Source of the DNA: a virus
Taxonomy: Duplodnaviria > Caudoviricetes
Reading direction: 5' to 3' (one strand)
DNA: 40,225 nt
IMG/VR virus record: IMGVR_UViG_3300037522_000113
Coordinates: 1 to 40,225 of that record
Shown here: in pieces, positions 17,282-26,799 of the stretch
Numbering within the stretch: position 1 is the stretch's first letter
Layout of the letters: each line of letters starts with the position of its first letter
Notes under the pieces: generated by a model
The model's input: only the letters and a program-made list of their open reading frames with translations
Told to the model about the DNA's origin: nothing
The model's database searches: none
Program-made: the position numbers and the translations under genes

Positions 17282-18081
17282 CCCCAATGACCCTACCCGC
17301 AATCCCCGACGTACCACTCCAGCACGGCGCCCACGACTCGCGTGATGAGGGGGTGTGCGTAATGGAGATGGTCGCGTGGATGGCGGGTGAGCCGCACTCA
17401 GACCACCCCGAATGTACGTCGCCGGTCGTCGCGGCGTTCCTGCGCTCGTGGAACGATGGCCTGCCCGACGACGCCATGCGCGACCGACTCCTGCGGCCAC
17501 TCTTGCCCGTAGTGCTGGATACTCGCACGACCGCCGCGGATGAAACCACGCGCGCGTGGATGGCGACGGATTGGCTCGTGCGCGTACACGCTCCTGCGTG
17601 GATGGACCTCGTGCCGTCGCTGCGCGAGCGCGCGGCGGAACTGCGCGCACTCCCTGCGCTCACGTCGGCAGAGATCGCTGTAGCTGTACAGGCTACAATG
17701 GAGCACGCGCGAGTCGATGCGAACGCCGCGAGGGACGCCGCGAGGGACGCCGCGAGGGACGCCGCGAGGGACGCCGCGTGGGACGCCGCGTGGGACGCCG
17801 CGAGGGACGCCGCGTGGGACGCCGCGAGGGACGCCGCGAGGGACGCCGCGAGGGACGCCGCGGGGGACGCCGCGGGGGACGCCGCGTGGGACGCCGCGTG
17901 GGCCGCCGCGAGGGACGCCGCGTGGGCCGCCGCGGGGGACGCCGCGGGGGACGCCGCGGGGGACGCCGCGGGGGACGCCGCGAGGGACGCGCTGGCGCCT
18001 ACCGCCGAGACGCTACAGGCGAGCGCGCAGGATTTAGTGCGCCGTATGTGTGCGGTCGGGCGCACAGGAGACGACAAGTGA
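17278..18081 (+). CDS. Phage protein with AA(R/W/G)D tetrapeptide repeats
   Basis: GAH...CVME...GEPHSDHP.C.SP...WND N-terminal domain, then 22 repeats. Confidence 0.85.
   Translation: MTPMTLPAIPDVPLQHGAHDSRDEGVCVMEMVAWMAGEPHSDHPECTSPVVAAFLRSWNDGLPDDAMRDRLLRPLLPVVLDTRTTAADETTRAWMATDWLVRVHAPAWMDLVPSLRERAAELRALPALTSAEIAVAVQATMEHARVDANAARDAARDAARDAARDAAWDAAWDAARDAAWDAARDAARDAARDAAGDAAGDAAWDAAWAAARDAAWAAAGDAAGDAAGDAAGDAARDALAPTAETLQASAQDLVRRMCAVGRTGDDK
17725..17988 (+). repeat. 22 x 12-bp coding tandem repeat GCCGCG(A/T/G)GGG(A/C)C
   Basis: Directly visible; in frame. Confidence 0.97.
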
Positions 18082-18356
18082 GCGCCCATACCGAAAAGCA
18101 CGCCGCAATCTGTGACGCCATTCGCGCGTACGCCGTGCGCGCCAAGGGCGACCGATTCGACAACGCGCCGCGCTTGCTCGACGACTACCTGACCGGCGAG
18201 CAGGTCAACGACTGCGCCACCGTAATCGAGGGCGCGCCGACGATCCGAGCGGGCGTGCAGAGCATCGTTGTGGCCGGAGTCTACCCGCTCGACGTGGACC
18301 AGGTGGACGAACTGACCGACGACATCGAGGCCGCGATCGCCAAGGTGCCAGCGTGA
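18078..18356 (+). CDS. Hypothetical protein
   Basis: AGGAG RBS; GTGA coupling. Confidence 0.65.
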   Translation: MSAHTEKHAAICDAIRAYAVRAKGDRFDNAPRLLDDYLTGEQVNDCATVIEGAPTIRAGVQSIVVAGVYPLDVDQVDELTDDIEAAIAKVPA

Positions 18357-18655
18357 CCCCCGGACGCCTTACCCCGTGGGATCGGCGCCAGATCGCGGGC
18401 CTCAAGCGCCGCTTCTCCCCCGAGGACCGCAAGGGCGCACTGGCGCGCACGCTGGCGAGTCTCGGCGAGCTGCCGAAGCGCTGGCGACTTCAGCCGTCCA
18501 CCGTCGCCGTTGACGGGCTGGACGGGCGCGACGTGCGGCTACAGTCCAACGTCGCCGCTTGGGAGCAACTGAAAGCGGAGCGCGCCGAGGCGGCACACGG
18601 GAGCGCCGCCGGCGCGGTGCTTCCGATCCGGGCGAAGGGGCGGGCCGCGAAATGA
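18353..18655 (+). CDS. Hypothetical protein
   Basis: Coupled on both sides. Confidence 0.6.
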   Translation: MTPGRLTPWDRRQIAGLKRRFSPEDRKGALARTLASLGELPKRWRLQPSTVAVDGLDGRDVRLQSNVAAWEQLKAERAEAAHGSAAGAVLPIRAKGRAAK

Positions 18656-18861
18656 AGGGCGCCCCACTCGTCACGGTGCGGGCCGTGCTCCCGTCGAGCA
18701 CCGGCGAGGGCTTCCGGGTCGTGCTGTTCTCGTGCGGGCACAGCCTCGTGCTGGAGAAAATGGTGGCACCGCGCTGGCCGGTGGGTGCGCGACGTGCGTG
18801 CAACGGCTGCGCCTCGAAGGTGGCGCCGGCGAAGCGGAAAGCCAAGGAGCGAGGGGCGTGA
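18652..18861 (+). CDS. Small Zn-ribbon-like protein
   Basis: SCGH...CNGC; coupled. Confidence 0.6.
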   Translation: MKGAPLVTVRAVLPSSTGEGFRVVLFSCGHSLVLEKMVAPRWPVGARRACNGCASKVAPAKRKAKERGA

Positions 18862-19496
18862 GGGCGTCGGCGAAGCGGAGCGCCGCAGGCATTCGCGGAC
18901 AACGAAAGCGCAAGGGTCTACCATCGTTCAGTCAGCACCCCGAACTGCGCGCGTCCCTCGTTGAGCTTGTCGAACGGCAGCAGTACTCGCTCACCGACGT
19001 GGCGATGTTCTTCGGCGTCTCCAAGGAGCGCGTCCGACAGTGGTGTGCTCGCGAAGGTGTGCGGGCCGTTCGGCAAGGTAGGTCGGGATTACGGGGGGCC
19101 ATCCGGGTATGGGACGACGCCCTGAATCAGTTCCGCCCGCACTCGCGCGGCGCCTACAACGGGGCTCTACGCGCAAAGGACGTTGCGAAGCGGCAGGCCA
19201 TTCGCCGATTCGTCCGCGCGGGCTACCGCGCGCATATGGTTACGGCGATCGCGGCGTGCGCCGCCCGACTGGGGCGTATCCCTACCCGCGTGGAACAATG
19301 GGAGGCAGTCTCAGGACACCGGGTACCGAAGCACAGAGCGACGCCTGCGCTGGTGGGGAGCTGGCGACGAGGTAGCAAGCAGACCGTCGCTGAGGCCCTA
19401 CGCGAAATGCGCACCGCAGGCATCCCCACCCGACCACGGGGCTGGGCTGGTCACGCCCCCAAATTGCCCCTTGCGCGTGTCCGCACTATCCGCTAA
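18858..19496 (+). CDS. HTH DNA-binding protein (sigma-70 region 4-like HTH)
   Basis: YSLTDVAMFFGVSKERVRQW; basic C-terminus with LGRIPT. Confidence 0.7.
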   Translation: MRASAKRSAAGIRGQRKRKGLPSFSQHPELRASLVELVERQQYSLTDVAMFFGVSKERVRQWCAREGVRAVRQGRSGLRGAIRVWDDALNQFRPHSRGAYNGALRAKDVAKRQAIRRFVRAGYRAHMVTAIAACAARLGRIPTRVEQWEAVSGHRVPKHRATPALVGSWRRGSKQTVAEALREMRTAGIPTRPRGWAGHAPKLPLARVRTIR

Positions 19497-19499
19497 CAT
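19471..19499 (+). promoter_or_regulatory. Putative promoter for leaderless HTH gene
   Basis: TTGCGC-N17-TAACAT, 6 nt before ATG 19506; no SD. Confidence 0.6.
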
Positions 19500-19505
19500 A
19501 CGCCT

Positions 19506-19754
19506 ATGACCAGTCGCACGTATACCGCCGCCGATGTACGCCAGTACTTGACCGACCGGATACAGGCGCTCGGCATCTCAATGCGCCAGTGGGCGCGCAC
19601 GAACGGCCTGAGCGCCGCCTACGTCTCCGACGTAATGCGGGGCAACCGTGTCGCGGGGCCGACGATTTGCGCCGTGCTCGGCTTCGAGCGCACCCGCGTG
19701 CCGGAACAGTACGTGTACCACAAGCGAAAGCGGCCAGCGAGGAATGCCCGCTGA
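19506..19754 (+). CDS. Cro/XRE-like HTH regulator
   Basis: ISMRQWARTNGLSAAYVSDVMRGNR..GPTICAVLG. Confidence 0.82.
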   Translation: MTSRTYTAADVRQYLTDRIQALGISMRQWARTNGLSAAYVSDVMRGNRVAGPTICAVLGFERTRVPEQYVYHKRKRPARNAR

Positions 19755-19815
19755 CCGCTCCCGTGTCGTCTCCACCCTTCCCGAGCACCCCATCACAAAG
19801 CACTCAACCCCGAAG

Positions 19816-20223
19816 ATGACGAAACCTGCCGACGATTGCAAGCCCGCCACGCCCGCCGAAGCGCTGCGCGCGTTCGAGCAATACTGCCGCCACGACCCGA
19901 CCGCGCCCCACCCGCTCCACAATCCGATGCTCAGGTACCGGAAGCCGCGGGCCTACGTCGGCTCGTGGGACCGGCCCCGAAAGGAATGGCGCGTCGCCAC
20001 AATCGAGGAACCAGCGCCGTGGCGTGCTGCCGTCGCCCTCGTGCTCGCGCAGTACGGTCGCACCGAGGACGTGGACGCCGTAGCAGCCGCCATCGAAGCG
20101 CATGACCCGATAGTCGGCCCTGTCGCGCGCGAGCAGTGGCCTGCCGGCGCCGCCGAGCGCCCCCACCGCTGGGAGCTCGCCGTCGTCGCCGCCGCGAACC
20201 GCGTCCGTGGAGGTGTCCAGTGA
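19816..20223 (+). CDS. Hypothetical protein (alternative start 19744)
   Basis: Stop overlaps the Gp157 start. Confidence 0.55.
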   Translation: MTKPADDCKPATPAEALRAFEQYCRHDPTAPHPLHNPMLRYRKPRAYVGSWDRPRKEWRVATIEEPAPWRAAVALVLAQYGRTEDVDAVAAAIEAHDPIVGPVAREQWPAGAAERPHRWELAVVAAANRVRGGVQ

Positions 20224-20762
20224 GCGTCGCCCTGTACGACCGCACTGCGGCCCTGCTCCAGATCGACGCGTGGATCGAGGAAAGCGCCGCCGAGATCGCC
20301 GCCAATGAGGGCGCGCTCCCCGACGAACTCGCCGCCCTGCTCGACGAAGCCGAAGGCGCATGGGAGGAGAAGGTCGAGCGGGTAGCCCTCTACGTGAATT
20401 CACTTGGCGCCACCGCCGACGCGATCAAGACGGAGGAAAACCGGCTACGGGAACGGCGGAAGGCGCACGAGAACGCGGCCAAGCGCCTGAAAGCCTACTT
20501 GCAGGGCCAGCTTGAGCTCGTCGGCAGAGAGAAAGTCTCGCGCCCGCTTGCGACCGTCGCCCTACAAGCTTCCCCGCCCGCCGTACAGCACGCCTACGCC
20601 ACAAGCGATGATGCCGCGACGCTACTCGGTACCGAGTGGCGGGATTTCGTCCGCACGTCCCACGCATTCGACGCCGCGCTGGCGAAGGAACGCCACAAGG
20701 TCGGCCAGCCACTCCCACCAGGCGTCGCCGTCACGCACCGCAAGCACCTCCGCATTCGATAG
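20220..20762 (+). CDS. Siphovirus Gp157-family protein
   Basis: LYD...EEKVERVA...IKTEENRL.ERRKA.EN...RLKAYL...LQASPPAV...PGV...HLRIR. Confidence 0.88.
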   Translation: MSVALYDRTAALLQIDAWIEESAAEIAANEGALPDELAALLDEAEGAWEEKVERVALYVNSLGATADAIKTEENRLRERRKAHENAAKRLKAYLQGQLELVGREKVSRPLATVALQASPPAVQHAYATSDDAATLLGTEWRDFVRTSHAFDAALAKERHKVGQPLPPGVAVTHRKHLRIR

Positions 20763-20788
20763 CCACTCCCCCACCCGAGACCATTCCA

Positions 20789-21688
20789 ATGACCGAACCT
20801 ACCACCGCACTAGTCGAGACCGGAAAGCGCCCGGTCATGCTGACGCCCGTTGCCGCGCCCGCGGCGATGATCGCGGCGCAGTCGCAGGCCCGCGCCTTCA
20901 TCGCGGAGGTACTGACCTCTGGTGTGGACTACGGGAAAATCCCCGGCACCGACAAGGCCACCCTGCTCAAGCCCGGAGCCGAAAAGGTCACGACCGGATT
21001 CGGCTGCAAGGCCATTCCGTCGCTCGCGACCGAGGAAGTCGACCATGACCGCATCGTCGAGTGGACGAAGCGGAAGAAGGTCTGGGCGAACGAGTACAAG
21101 GGCGACCGCTCATTCACTTGGGCAGAGGAAGGCGGCACGTCGCGCGGGCTGTACCGCTTCGTGGTGCGCGTCGAGATCGTGGACGAGCACGGCGAGGTAC
21201 GGGGCGCGGGGCTCGGCTCCTGCTCGACGATGGAGGGCAAGTACGTGGACCGGCCACGCGAGAGCGAGAACACGGTGCTGAAAATGGCCGTCAAGCGTGC
21301 GCACGTCGCCGCCGTACTCTCTACGTTTGGCCTGAGCGAGCAATTCACGCAGGACATGGAGGACGTAGATCGTGGCGAGTCCCCGCCGCCGCCGCCGCCG
21401 ATCGAGGAACCCGCGCCGCCGCCAACCGCTGACACGCCGATCAACTTCGGCTCGTGGGCAGGGACGGACAAGCGCGTTGCCGACCTGAGCGACCAGGAAG
21501 TGACGTGGGCACTCGCGAGGCCGAAGAGCGGCAAGGCTCGGCTGCCGGAGGACTGGCGCCCCGTATTCGAGGCCGACCGCAACCGCCGCATCGCCGCAGA
21601 CACCGCCACGCCGGAGCCGGAGAAAGAGACGGTTCCTGGCGAACCGGGCGCGGACGACGACATCGATTCCGGTAAATTGCCGTTCTGA
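20789..21688 (+). CDS. Putative single-strand annealing/recombination protein
   Basis: DYGKIPGTDKATLLKPGAEK, GSCSTME, NTVLKMAVKRA, FTQDMED; acidic tail ending DD..KLPF; follows Gp157. Confidence 0.65.
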   Translation: MTEPTTALVETGKRPVMLTPVAAPAAMIAAQSQARAFIAEVLTSGVDYGKIPGTDKATLLKPGAEKVTTGFGCKAIPSLATEEVDHDRIVEWTKRKKVWANEYKGDRSFTWAEEGGTSRGLYRFVVRVEIVDEHGEVRGAGLGSCSTMEGKYVDRPRESENTVLKMAVKRAHVAAVLSTFGLSEQFTQDMEDVDRGESPPPPPPIEEPAPPPTADTPINFGSWAGTDKRVADLSDQEVTWALARPKSGKARLPEDWRPVFEADRNRRIAADTATPEPEKETVPGEPGADDDIDSGKLPF

Positions 21689-21707
21689 TCCTTCACCCGA
21701 GCCAACA

Positions 21708-21878
21708 ATGACCCCCGACGAAGCAACCGCCGAGCGCGCCGCCATTACGAAGGCTTACCGCGCCATCAACCGCACGCTCGAAGCGCTCTCGCCGGATCAG
21801 CGGGAGCGAACGCTGTCCATGATTGACGCGCTGCTCGGTCGCCACGAGTGGGGCCGAATGAAGGAGCCCCGCGAGTGA
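21708..21878 (+). CDS. Small hypothetical protein (56 aa, not in ORF track)
   Basis: MTPDEATAERAAITKAY...; stop overlaps GTG 21875. Confidence 0.55.
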   Translation: MTPDEATAERAAITKAYRAINRTLEALSPDQRERTLSMIDALLGRHEWGRMKEPRE

Positions 21879-22420
21879 AGCGCACCGCGTTGAAGCGCCG
21901 CACGGCGCCGTGGCGAATGTGCCGAACGTGCCATAGCGCCGGTACTACCAAGCTCCGCGCTTGGGGAGACCGATGCACGCACGCGCTACTGCCGCGCGGC
22001 GAATGCGGCCAGTGTCACGCGATTCGCCCGCTCGTTGAGTGCCACGCCTACGACTTCCGCGAAGGTCTCGCGCGCCGCACGCCGGTACGAAAGCGCAACC
22101 CACAGCGCCGCCGCGCGAACTTCGCCCGCGCGTACGGCGGGGCGGAGCGCGTGACCTTCGTCGCGTCGCTCGGCTGCGCGGTGGGGGCGACGTTCGAGTG
22201 GGCGACGTGCTCCGGCAACGTTCAGAACGCGCACACACGCAACGGCGGAATGGGGCGGAAGGCGAACGCCAAGTATACCGCCCCGTTATGCGCGGGTCAC
22301 CACCACCTGCTACACGATTGGGGCCGCGACACGTTCGAGCGCATCTACGGCATCAACCTCGACGACGCCGCTGAGGCGGTCGAGATGGCTTGGCGGGCGT
22401 ATAAGGAGGGACAGGCGTGA
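21875..22420 (+). CDS. HNH-like/DUF968-like putative nuclease
   Basis: FVASLGCAV...AHTR.GGMG.K...PLCAGHH..LH..G..TFE..YG. Confidence 0.7.
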   Translation: MKRTALKRRTAPWRMCRTCHSAGTTKLRAWGDRCTHALLPRGECGQCHAIRPLVECHAYDFREGLARRTPVRKRNPQRRRANFARAYGGAERVTFVASLGCAVGATFEWATCSGNVQNAHTRNGGMGRKANAKYTAPLCAGHHHLLHDWGRDTFERIYGINLDDAAEAVEMAWRAYKEGQA

Positions 22421-22947
22421 CCCCGTTCGACATCAACACCGCCACCCCCGCCGAAGTGCTGCTCGAGGCGCGCCGCCGCTCCGAGCGCGCCGCCCGCGGC
22501 TTGCCGCTGAATGAGACAGCCAACCGAAACGGCGCCCCGCCTGGCGTCGCGCATTTTGTCCCTGCGGAGGTCGTGCGCGTCGTGCTGCCGTGGTCGTTCC
22601 TGTGCTCAGATAACGACAAGGACCGCGCTGGCATCCGCGGCCGCCGTGCGGTGAAGCTGCTGACAGACGCCTACAAGGACGCGAAAAAGAAGGCGCACGA
22701 GGAGGCCGTCAAGCAGATGCCGCACGCCGCGCTGGCCGGCCCCGTGTCGCTGGTGGCGACGCTGTACCCGCCGAACCGGAGCCGCACCCGCGACGCGACG
22801 AACTACTGCAAGATGGTGCACGACGCCTTGGAGGGCGCGTGCTACCGCAACGACGGCCAGATAGTGCGCGCGACGTGGCAATTCGGCGCGCCGGACGTGG
22901 ACCGCCCGCGCGTGGAGATCGTTATCACCCCCGAGGCCCTGCCATGA
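22417..22947 (+). CDS. rusA: RusA-family Holliday junction resolvase
   Basis: RDATNYCK...DALEG..YRNDGQI...PRVEIVI. Confidence 0.88.
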   Translation: MTPFDINTATPAEVLLEARRRSERAARGLPLNETANRNGAPPGVAHFVPAEVVRVVLPWSFLCSDNDKDRAGIRGRRAVKLLTDAYKDAKKKAHEEAVKQMPHAALAGPVSLVATLYPPNRSRTRDATNYCKMVHDALEGACYRNDGQIVRATWQFGAPDVDRPRVEIVITPEALP

Positions 22948-23390
22948 CCGACCCCCTGACGAAATCACAAGTGCGCGCAGTGCGAGAGGCTTGGGCGCGA
23001 TTCGGGCTCTCTGCTCATCGAAGCTACAGCGGGTGGCTTAACGAGCATTGCCCCGCAGACGGCGGCACGGACGACGACCGCGCCATTATCGAGCGCGAGC
23101 GGGAGGCGTTCGTCTCCGGATGGGTAAATCGTGGACTCGGAGACCGGACGCGGGACATGGGGCCCGCGCTCGACAGGGCATACCCCCTCCCAGCCCCCGC
23201 TGAACACTGGGAAGAGGTCGTTATACAGGCGCGCACGTATCGCACTAATGGCACGAGCTGGGAGGGCAAGTACATCAGCGATCAGCATTGGGAGACTTGC
23301 AACGGCGTCTGGACGCTTGACCTCTCCCACTTCCGCAAGCTCGCAGATGCATGGGACAAGGCGCGCGAGCGCAACGGGGTGACGGAATGA
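22944..23390 (+). CDS. Hypothetical protein
   Basis: Coupled on both sides. Confidence 0.6.
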   Translation: MTDPLTKSQVRAVREAWARFGLSAHRSYSGWLNEHCPADGGTDDDRAIIEREREAFVSGWVNRGLGDRTRDMGPALDRAYPLPAPAEHWEEVVIQARTYRTNGTSWEGKYISDQHWETCNGVWTLDLSHFRKLADAWDKARERNGVTE

Positions 23391-23788
23391 CCGACGACCG
23401 ATACACGCTGACGCTGCCGAGTAACGAGCGCCCGAACAACTTGCGGGTCGCGTTCGACGGTAAGCTGTGGCGCGGGCTCAACGACGATGGCGATACCACG
23501 GGCGTGTACTATCTCCCTACCGTGGACCCCGACCTCCTCGAACGCGCCGCCGCCATCATCCGGCAGTACCGCGCGGACCACGCCCCGAAACCGCGAGTGG
23601 TGCGGTACGAGTGGCCGGGTGGGAGTGTGCGTTATTACACCCGCCACCGTTCGTCTGGCGCGGTCGTTAGTTCAGATCGCGACGAGGTCCTCATCCTCGC
23701 CGCTGCGAGGGAACTCTCCGACTACCCCGACACGCTACTCGACGCGCTGAACGACCTACGCGCGCGACCAACCGAGGACGGGCGATGA
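23387..23788 (+). CDS. Hypothetical protein
   Basis: Coupled on both sides. Confidence 0.62.
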   Translation: MTDDRYTLTLPSNERPNNLRVAFDGKLWRGLNDDGDTTGVYYLPTVDPDLLERAAAIIRQYRADHAPKPRVVRYEWPGGSVRYYTRHRSSGAVVSSDRDEVLILAAARELSDYPDTLLDALNDLRARPTEDGR

Positions 23789-23985
23789 CCGCCACGCCAT
23801 CACGCGCTGAAACCGCTATTGCCATACTTGGGTTCCTTTTCATCGGGGCGCTGCTTGGCATAAGCCTCATAACGTGGGGCGGGCCGCGCTACGCTCGTGG
23901 CTACTGCACCGCCCTCTCCGCTGTCGTGGTGGCTGATACGCTGTGCGTGCGCGGTGACTCCATCGTCGCGAGGGTGCAGCGATGA
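23785..23985 (+). CDS. Small membrane protein
   Basis: IAILGFLFIGALLGISLITW hydrophobic helix; coupled. Confidence 0.62.
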   Translation: MTATPSRAETAIAILGFLFIGALLGISLITWGGPRYARGYCTALSAVVVADTLCVRGDSIVARVQR

Positions 23986-24395
23986 GAACGGGGCCGCTAT
24001 TCTCGTCCGCGACCGGCAAGTGGGCCACGCCAGCGGCGGTTTATGAAGCACTGGACGCCGAGTTTGCGTTCACCCTTGACCCATGCCCGATGGATGATGC
24101 CGAGCGGATTATGGAGACGGACGGGCTCGCGCGCTCGTGGCGTGGCGAGCGGGTATTCTGCAATCCGCCGTACGGGAAGGGTATCGGGGGGTGGCTCGCT
24201 AAGGCCCGCGAGGCCGACGCTGCCGTGTTTCTCCTCCCGTCTCGCACCGATACCGCATGGTGGCACGACTACGCGGTCAACGCCGACGAGATCCGCTTCA
24301 TTCGCGGGCGGCTGAAGTTTGGCGGGGCAGCCAACGGCGCCCCATTTCCTTCCGTCGTCCTGGTGTTCCGCGCGGAAAGGCAGGTGCAGCGATGA
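23982..24395 (+). CDS. Phage DNA N6-adenine methyltransferase (Dam-like family)
   Basis: WATP, FTLDPC, DGLA.SW, VFCNPPYG, LLPSRTDTAWWH, IRFIRGRLKF, APFPS. Confidence 0.93.
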   Translation: MRTGPLFSSATGKWATPAAVYEALDAEFAFTLDPCPMDDAERIMETDGLARSWRGERVFCNPPYGKGIGGWLAKAREADAAVFLLPSRTDTAWWHDYAVNADEIRFIRGRLKFGGAANGAPFPSVVLVFRAERQVQR

Positions 24396-24745
24396 ACCGC
24401 CCCGACGATCGCGCCAGCGTGGCGCTGGACGAGCTTGACTTCTTCTTTCGGAGCATTGACCGGCAGACGATGCGCGAGCACGTCAAGCTACTCCGCGCCG
24501 AGATCGCGCGGCTGCGGGAGGTGGAGAAGCGCGCGGCGTACATGCAGCGACCTGCCTACGTGTCCGCGCGGTGGGCGCTGTCAGTGCTGCTCGCGAGCCT
24601 GCCCCTGTCAGACATCCGGCGCGTGATAGAGAAGCTGGACGCCGAGGAATGCGACAGGCTGCTCGGTGTAATCGCTGATTTCCAGGTTCAGATGGTACAG
24701 GACGCCGCCCGCGCGGCCACGCCGGAGGGAGGGAGCAATGGGTGA
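24392..24745 (+). CDS. Hypothetical protein
   Basis: ATGA-coupled start. Confidence 0.6.
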   Translation: MNRPDDRASVALDELDFFFRSIDRQTMREHVKLLRAEIARLREVEKRAAYMQRPAYVSARWALSVLLASLPLSDIRRVIEKLDAEECDRLLGVIADFQVQMVQDAARAATPEGGSNG

Positions 24746-25370
24746 GACGAAAGCGGGGCGCGAAATGACGTTGCGCGAGTGGGTGTACAGACTGACGCCG
24801 ACTCACCGCGCACGCCGCGAATACGAAGCACTCAACGCCCCCGCGTCCCCGGCCCCAATCAGCGGTCCACTTCCCGCCGTCCCGCTCGAACCGATGCGCG
24901 TCGAAGTGCCCGCGTCCCCGGCCCCAGAGATACCGAGCCACATCGCCAGCGCCAGCACGGGCCGGCTCGTCGAGCAAATGCACCAGATCGCAGATGGCAG
25001 CGGCGAATTGGACCTCGACGATCGTGTCGTACTCCGCGCCGCCGCCGACCGGCTCCACGCGCTCTACTACGGCGAGGAAGCGTGGGAGGTCGTGACGCAC
25101 GAGGCGCCTGACGTCCTCGCCGCCCCCGCTGCCGGGACGCGAGCGCAAGGGCGACTGGCGTGGGATCAAATCGCCGCTGCTCTCGAAGATGTTCTCCAAA
25201 ATGGCGAGCCAACGGAGCGCGAAGAACGCGCGGCAGATTCTGCTGGCGAGAAGGGGGACTTGTACTTCCTAGAGCCTGCGACGTTGCGGAGCGCGGTGGA
25301 AGTCGTGGTCGAACGCCTCGTAGAATCCGCTGCCATCCGTGCGGCAGCGAAGGAGACGGGCAATGTGTAA
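24738..25370 (+). CDS. Hypothetical protein
   Basis: GGAGGGAG RBS; overlaps both neighbours. Confidence 0.65.
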   Translation: MGETKAGREMTLREWVYRLTPTHRARREYEALNAPASPAPISGPLPAVPLEPMRVEVPASPAPEIPSHIASASTGRLVEQMHQIADGSGELDLDDRVVLRAAADRLHALYYGEEAWEVVTHEAPDVLAAPAAGTRAQGRLAWDQIAAALEDVLQNGEPTEREERAADSAGEKGDLYFLEPATLRSAVEVVVERLVESAAIRAAAKETGNV

Positions 25371-25575
25371 GCAGTGCGGCGTGCCAGAGCATGACCAGAC
25401 CGAGCACCCCGACTACAGCCACTTCAGCTTGGAAATGCTGGTTCGCGCCATTGAGGGTCAGTGGGTTGGGCTGAGCAGCACCGGCACGCATAAGCAGCGG
25501 TTCGCGTTGGCGGAGCTTGCCCGCCGTGCTGGACTCATTGCCGCCACCCGCTCCCCGGAGCGCCCGAATGAGTGA
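25363..25575 (+). CDS. Hypothetical protein
   Basis: AAGGAG RBS; MCKQC start. Confidence 0.6.
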   Translation: MCKQCGVPEHDQTEHPDYSHFSLEMLVRAIEGQWVGLSSTGTHKQRFALAELARRAGLIAATRSPERPNE

Positions 25576-25848
25576 GATGACGTATCTGCCGGGGAGCCCG
25601 AAGCAACCGACCGACGAAGAGTTTCGGCGCGCTGCGTGTGATGCGATGCGACGGCCCCGGCAGACGCGCTACGTCACCTGCTGTAGGCACGGCCAGCGGG
25701 CGCTGATCGCGAACGTGTACGCGATGAATAATTGGGAAATGGACGATGACGGAAGTGACCTCGGCTGCGATCCGGGGCACCCGTACTGTTTCGCATGGTG
25801 TGACCGAAATGGACCGGTGGACCCGCGCGCCACCCGCTCCCCGGAGCG
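25542..25848 (+). repeat. 21-bp direct repeat at two consecutive gene ends
   Basis: cgccacccgctccccggagcg at 25542-25562 and 25828-25848. Confidence 0.9.
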
Positions 25849-25864
25849 GAAGGGGGAAGGATGA
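25568..25864 (+). CDS. Hypothetical Cys-containing protein
   Basis: GGAG RBS; coupled. Confidence 0.6.
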   Translation: MSEMTYLPGSPKQPTDEEFRRAACDAMRRPRQTRYVTCCRHGQRALIANVYAMNNWEMDDDGSDLGCDPGHPYCFAWCDRNGPVDPRATRSPERKGEG

Positions 25865-26193
25865 GCGAGACCGGCTTCGTGGACTACGGGGGGCGCAAGC
25901 TGACATGGGCAGAAGTGAACGCCAAACTCGCCAGGCAGATGAGGGAAGTGGAAGCGGAGCGCGCTCGTATCCGAGAGGAGGATGCCCGTCGCGATGAGTG
26001 CTCGTGCAAGGACGACCTCCACGCCGCCCTCGACGCGATAGAAGCGCCGGTTACGGTCGTCGAAGTAGAACGGGTGTGGTCAGACAGACAGCCGTTCACC
26101 GTCGCCGACGTAATCAACGCCCTCCTCTGCGCTCGCGTCCGCGCCGCGCGGGAAACGCTGGGGATCACAGACAAGGAGGCGACCGATGCCTGA
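25861..26193 (+). CDS. Hypothetical protein
   Basis: Coupled; coiled-coil-like segment. Confidence 0.62.
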   Translation: MSETGFVDYGGRKLTWAEVNAKLARQMREVEAERARIREEDARRDECSCKDDLHAALDAIEAPVTVVEVERVWSDRQPFTVADVINALLCARVRAARETLGITDKEATDA

Positions 26194-26533
26194 GCTGGTG
26201 CGCGGGTGGGCCGTGTATCGGCCAGACGGCAGTTTGAAGGCCCTCGGGATTGATCGTGATGCCGTACTCGCGGGCAGTGTCGGCGCTGACATCGGCGCGT
26301 GGGAGAAGTACGAAGCGCTCGGTTGGACTGTTCGCCCCGTCCTCGTGATCCCCCTCGCCCCGGACGGTACCGTGCCGGAGGAGATCGTGGAGCGGGTGGC
26401 GAAGGCATACTGGGGCACGCGCGTCGCGACGAGAGGCCGGATGTGGAGCGCGGCCACGCCGTCCGCCAAACACGCCGCGCTGGATCAAGCCCGCGCCGCT
26501 CTCGTTGCGCTATCGGCTCCGGGGGACGGCTGA
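26186..26533 (+). CDS. Hypothetical protein
   Basis: AAGGAGG RBS. Confidence 0.68.
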   Translation: MPELVRGWAVYRPDGSLKALGIDRDAVLAGSVGADIGAWEKYEALGWTVRPVLVIPLAPDGTVPEEIVERVAKAYWGTRVATRGRMWSAATPSAKHAALDQARAALVALSAPGDG

Positions 26534-26799
26534 TGACCAACGCGATCCTGTTGATCTGCCGGACGTGTGGCGGAATGGTGGGCGTCACGGCGGACGTGGA
26601 CAGCACTAAGCACCGCCGCGACGTGGCGCGGTTCGTCGGTGATGGCATCCGGCAGGGCTACCGTGTGGAGCACACTACCGCCGCCGATGTGCGCGAGGGC
26701 AAGCATCCCTGGTGCGAGTGCATCCGGGCGAAACGCCGCGCGAAGAAGTCACAGCTCGAGCTCACCGCCACGCCACCCACGGGAGCGCCCGAACGATGA
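26533..26799 (+). CDS. Hypothetical protein (CxxC...CxC)
   Basis: TGATG overlap with upstream gene. Confidence 0.6.
   Translation: MTNAILLICRTCGGMVGVTADVDSTKHRRDVARFVGDGIRQGYRVEHTTAADVREGKHPWCECIRAKRRAKKSQLELTATPPTGAPER

Noticed and set aside
17725-17988. CRISPR array or DGR variable region
   Set aside because: Contiguous 12-bp in-frame units with no spacers; no cas genes, reverse transcriptase or template/variable repeat pair in the window.
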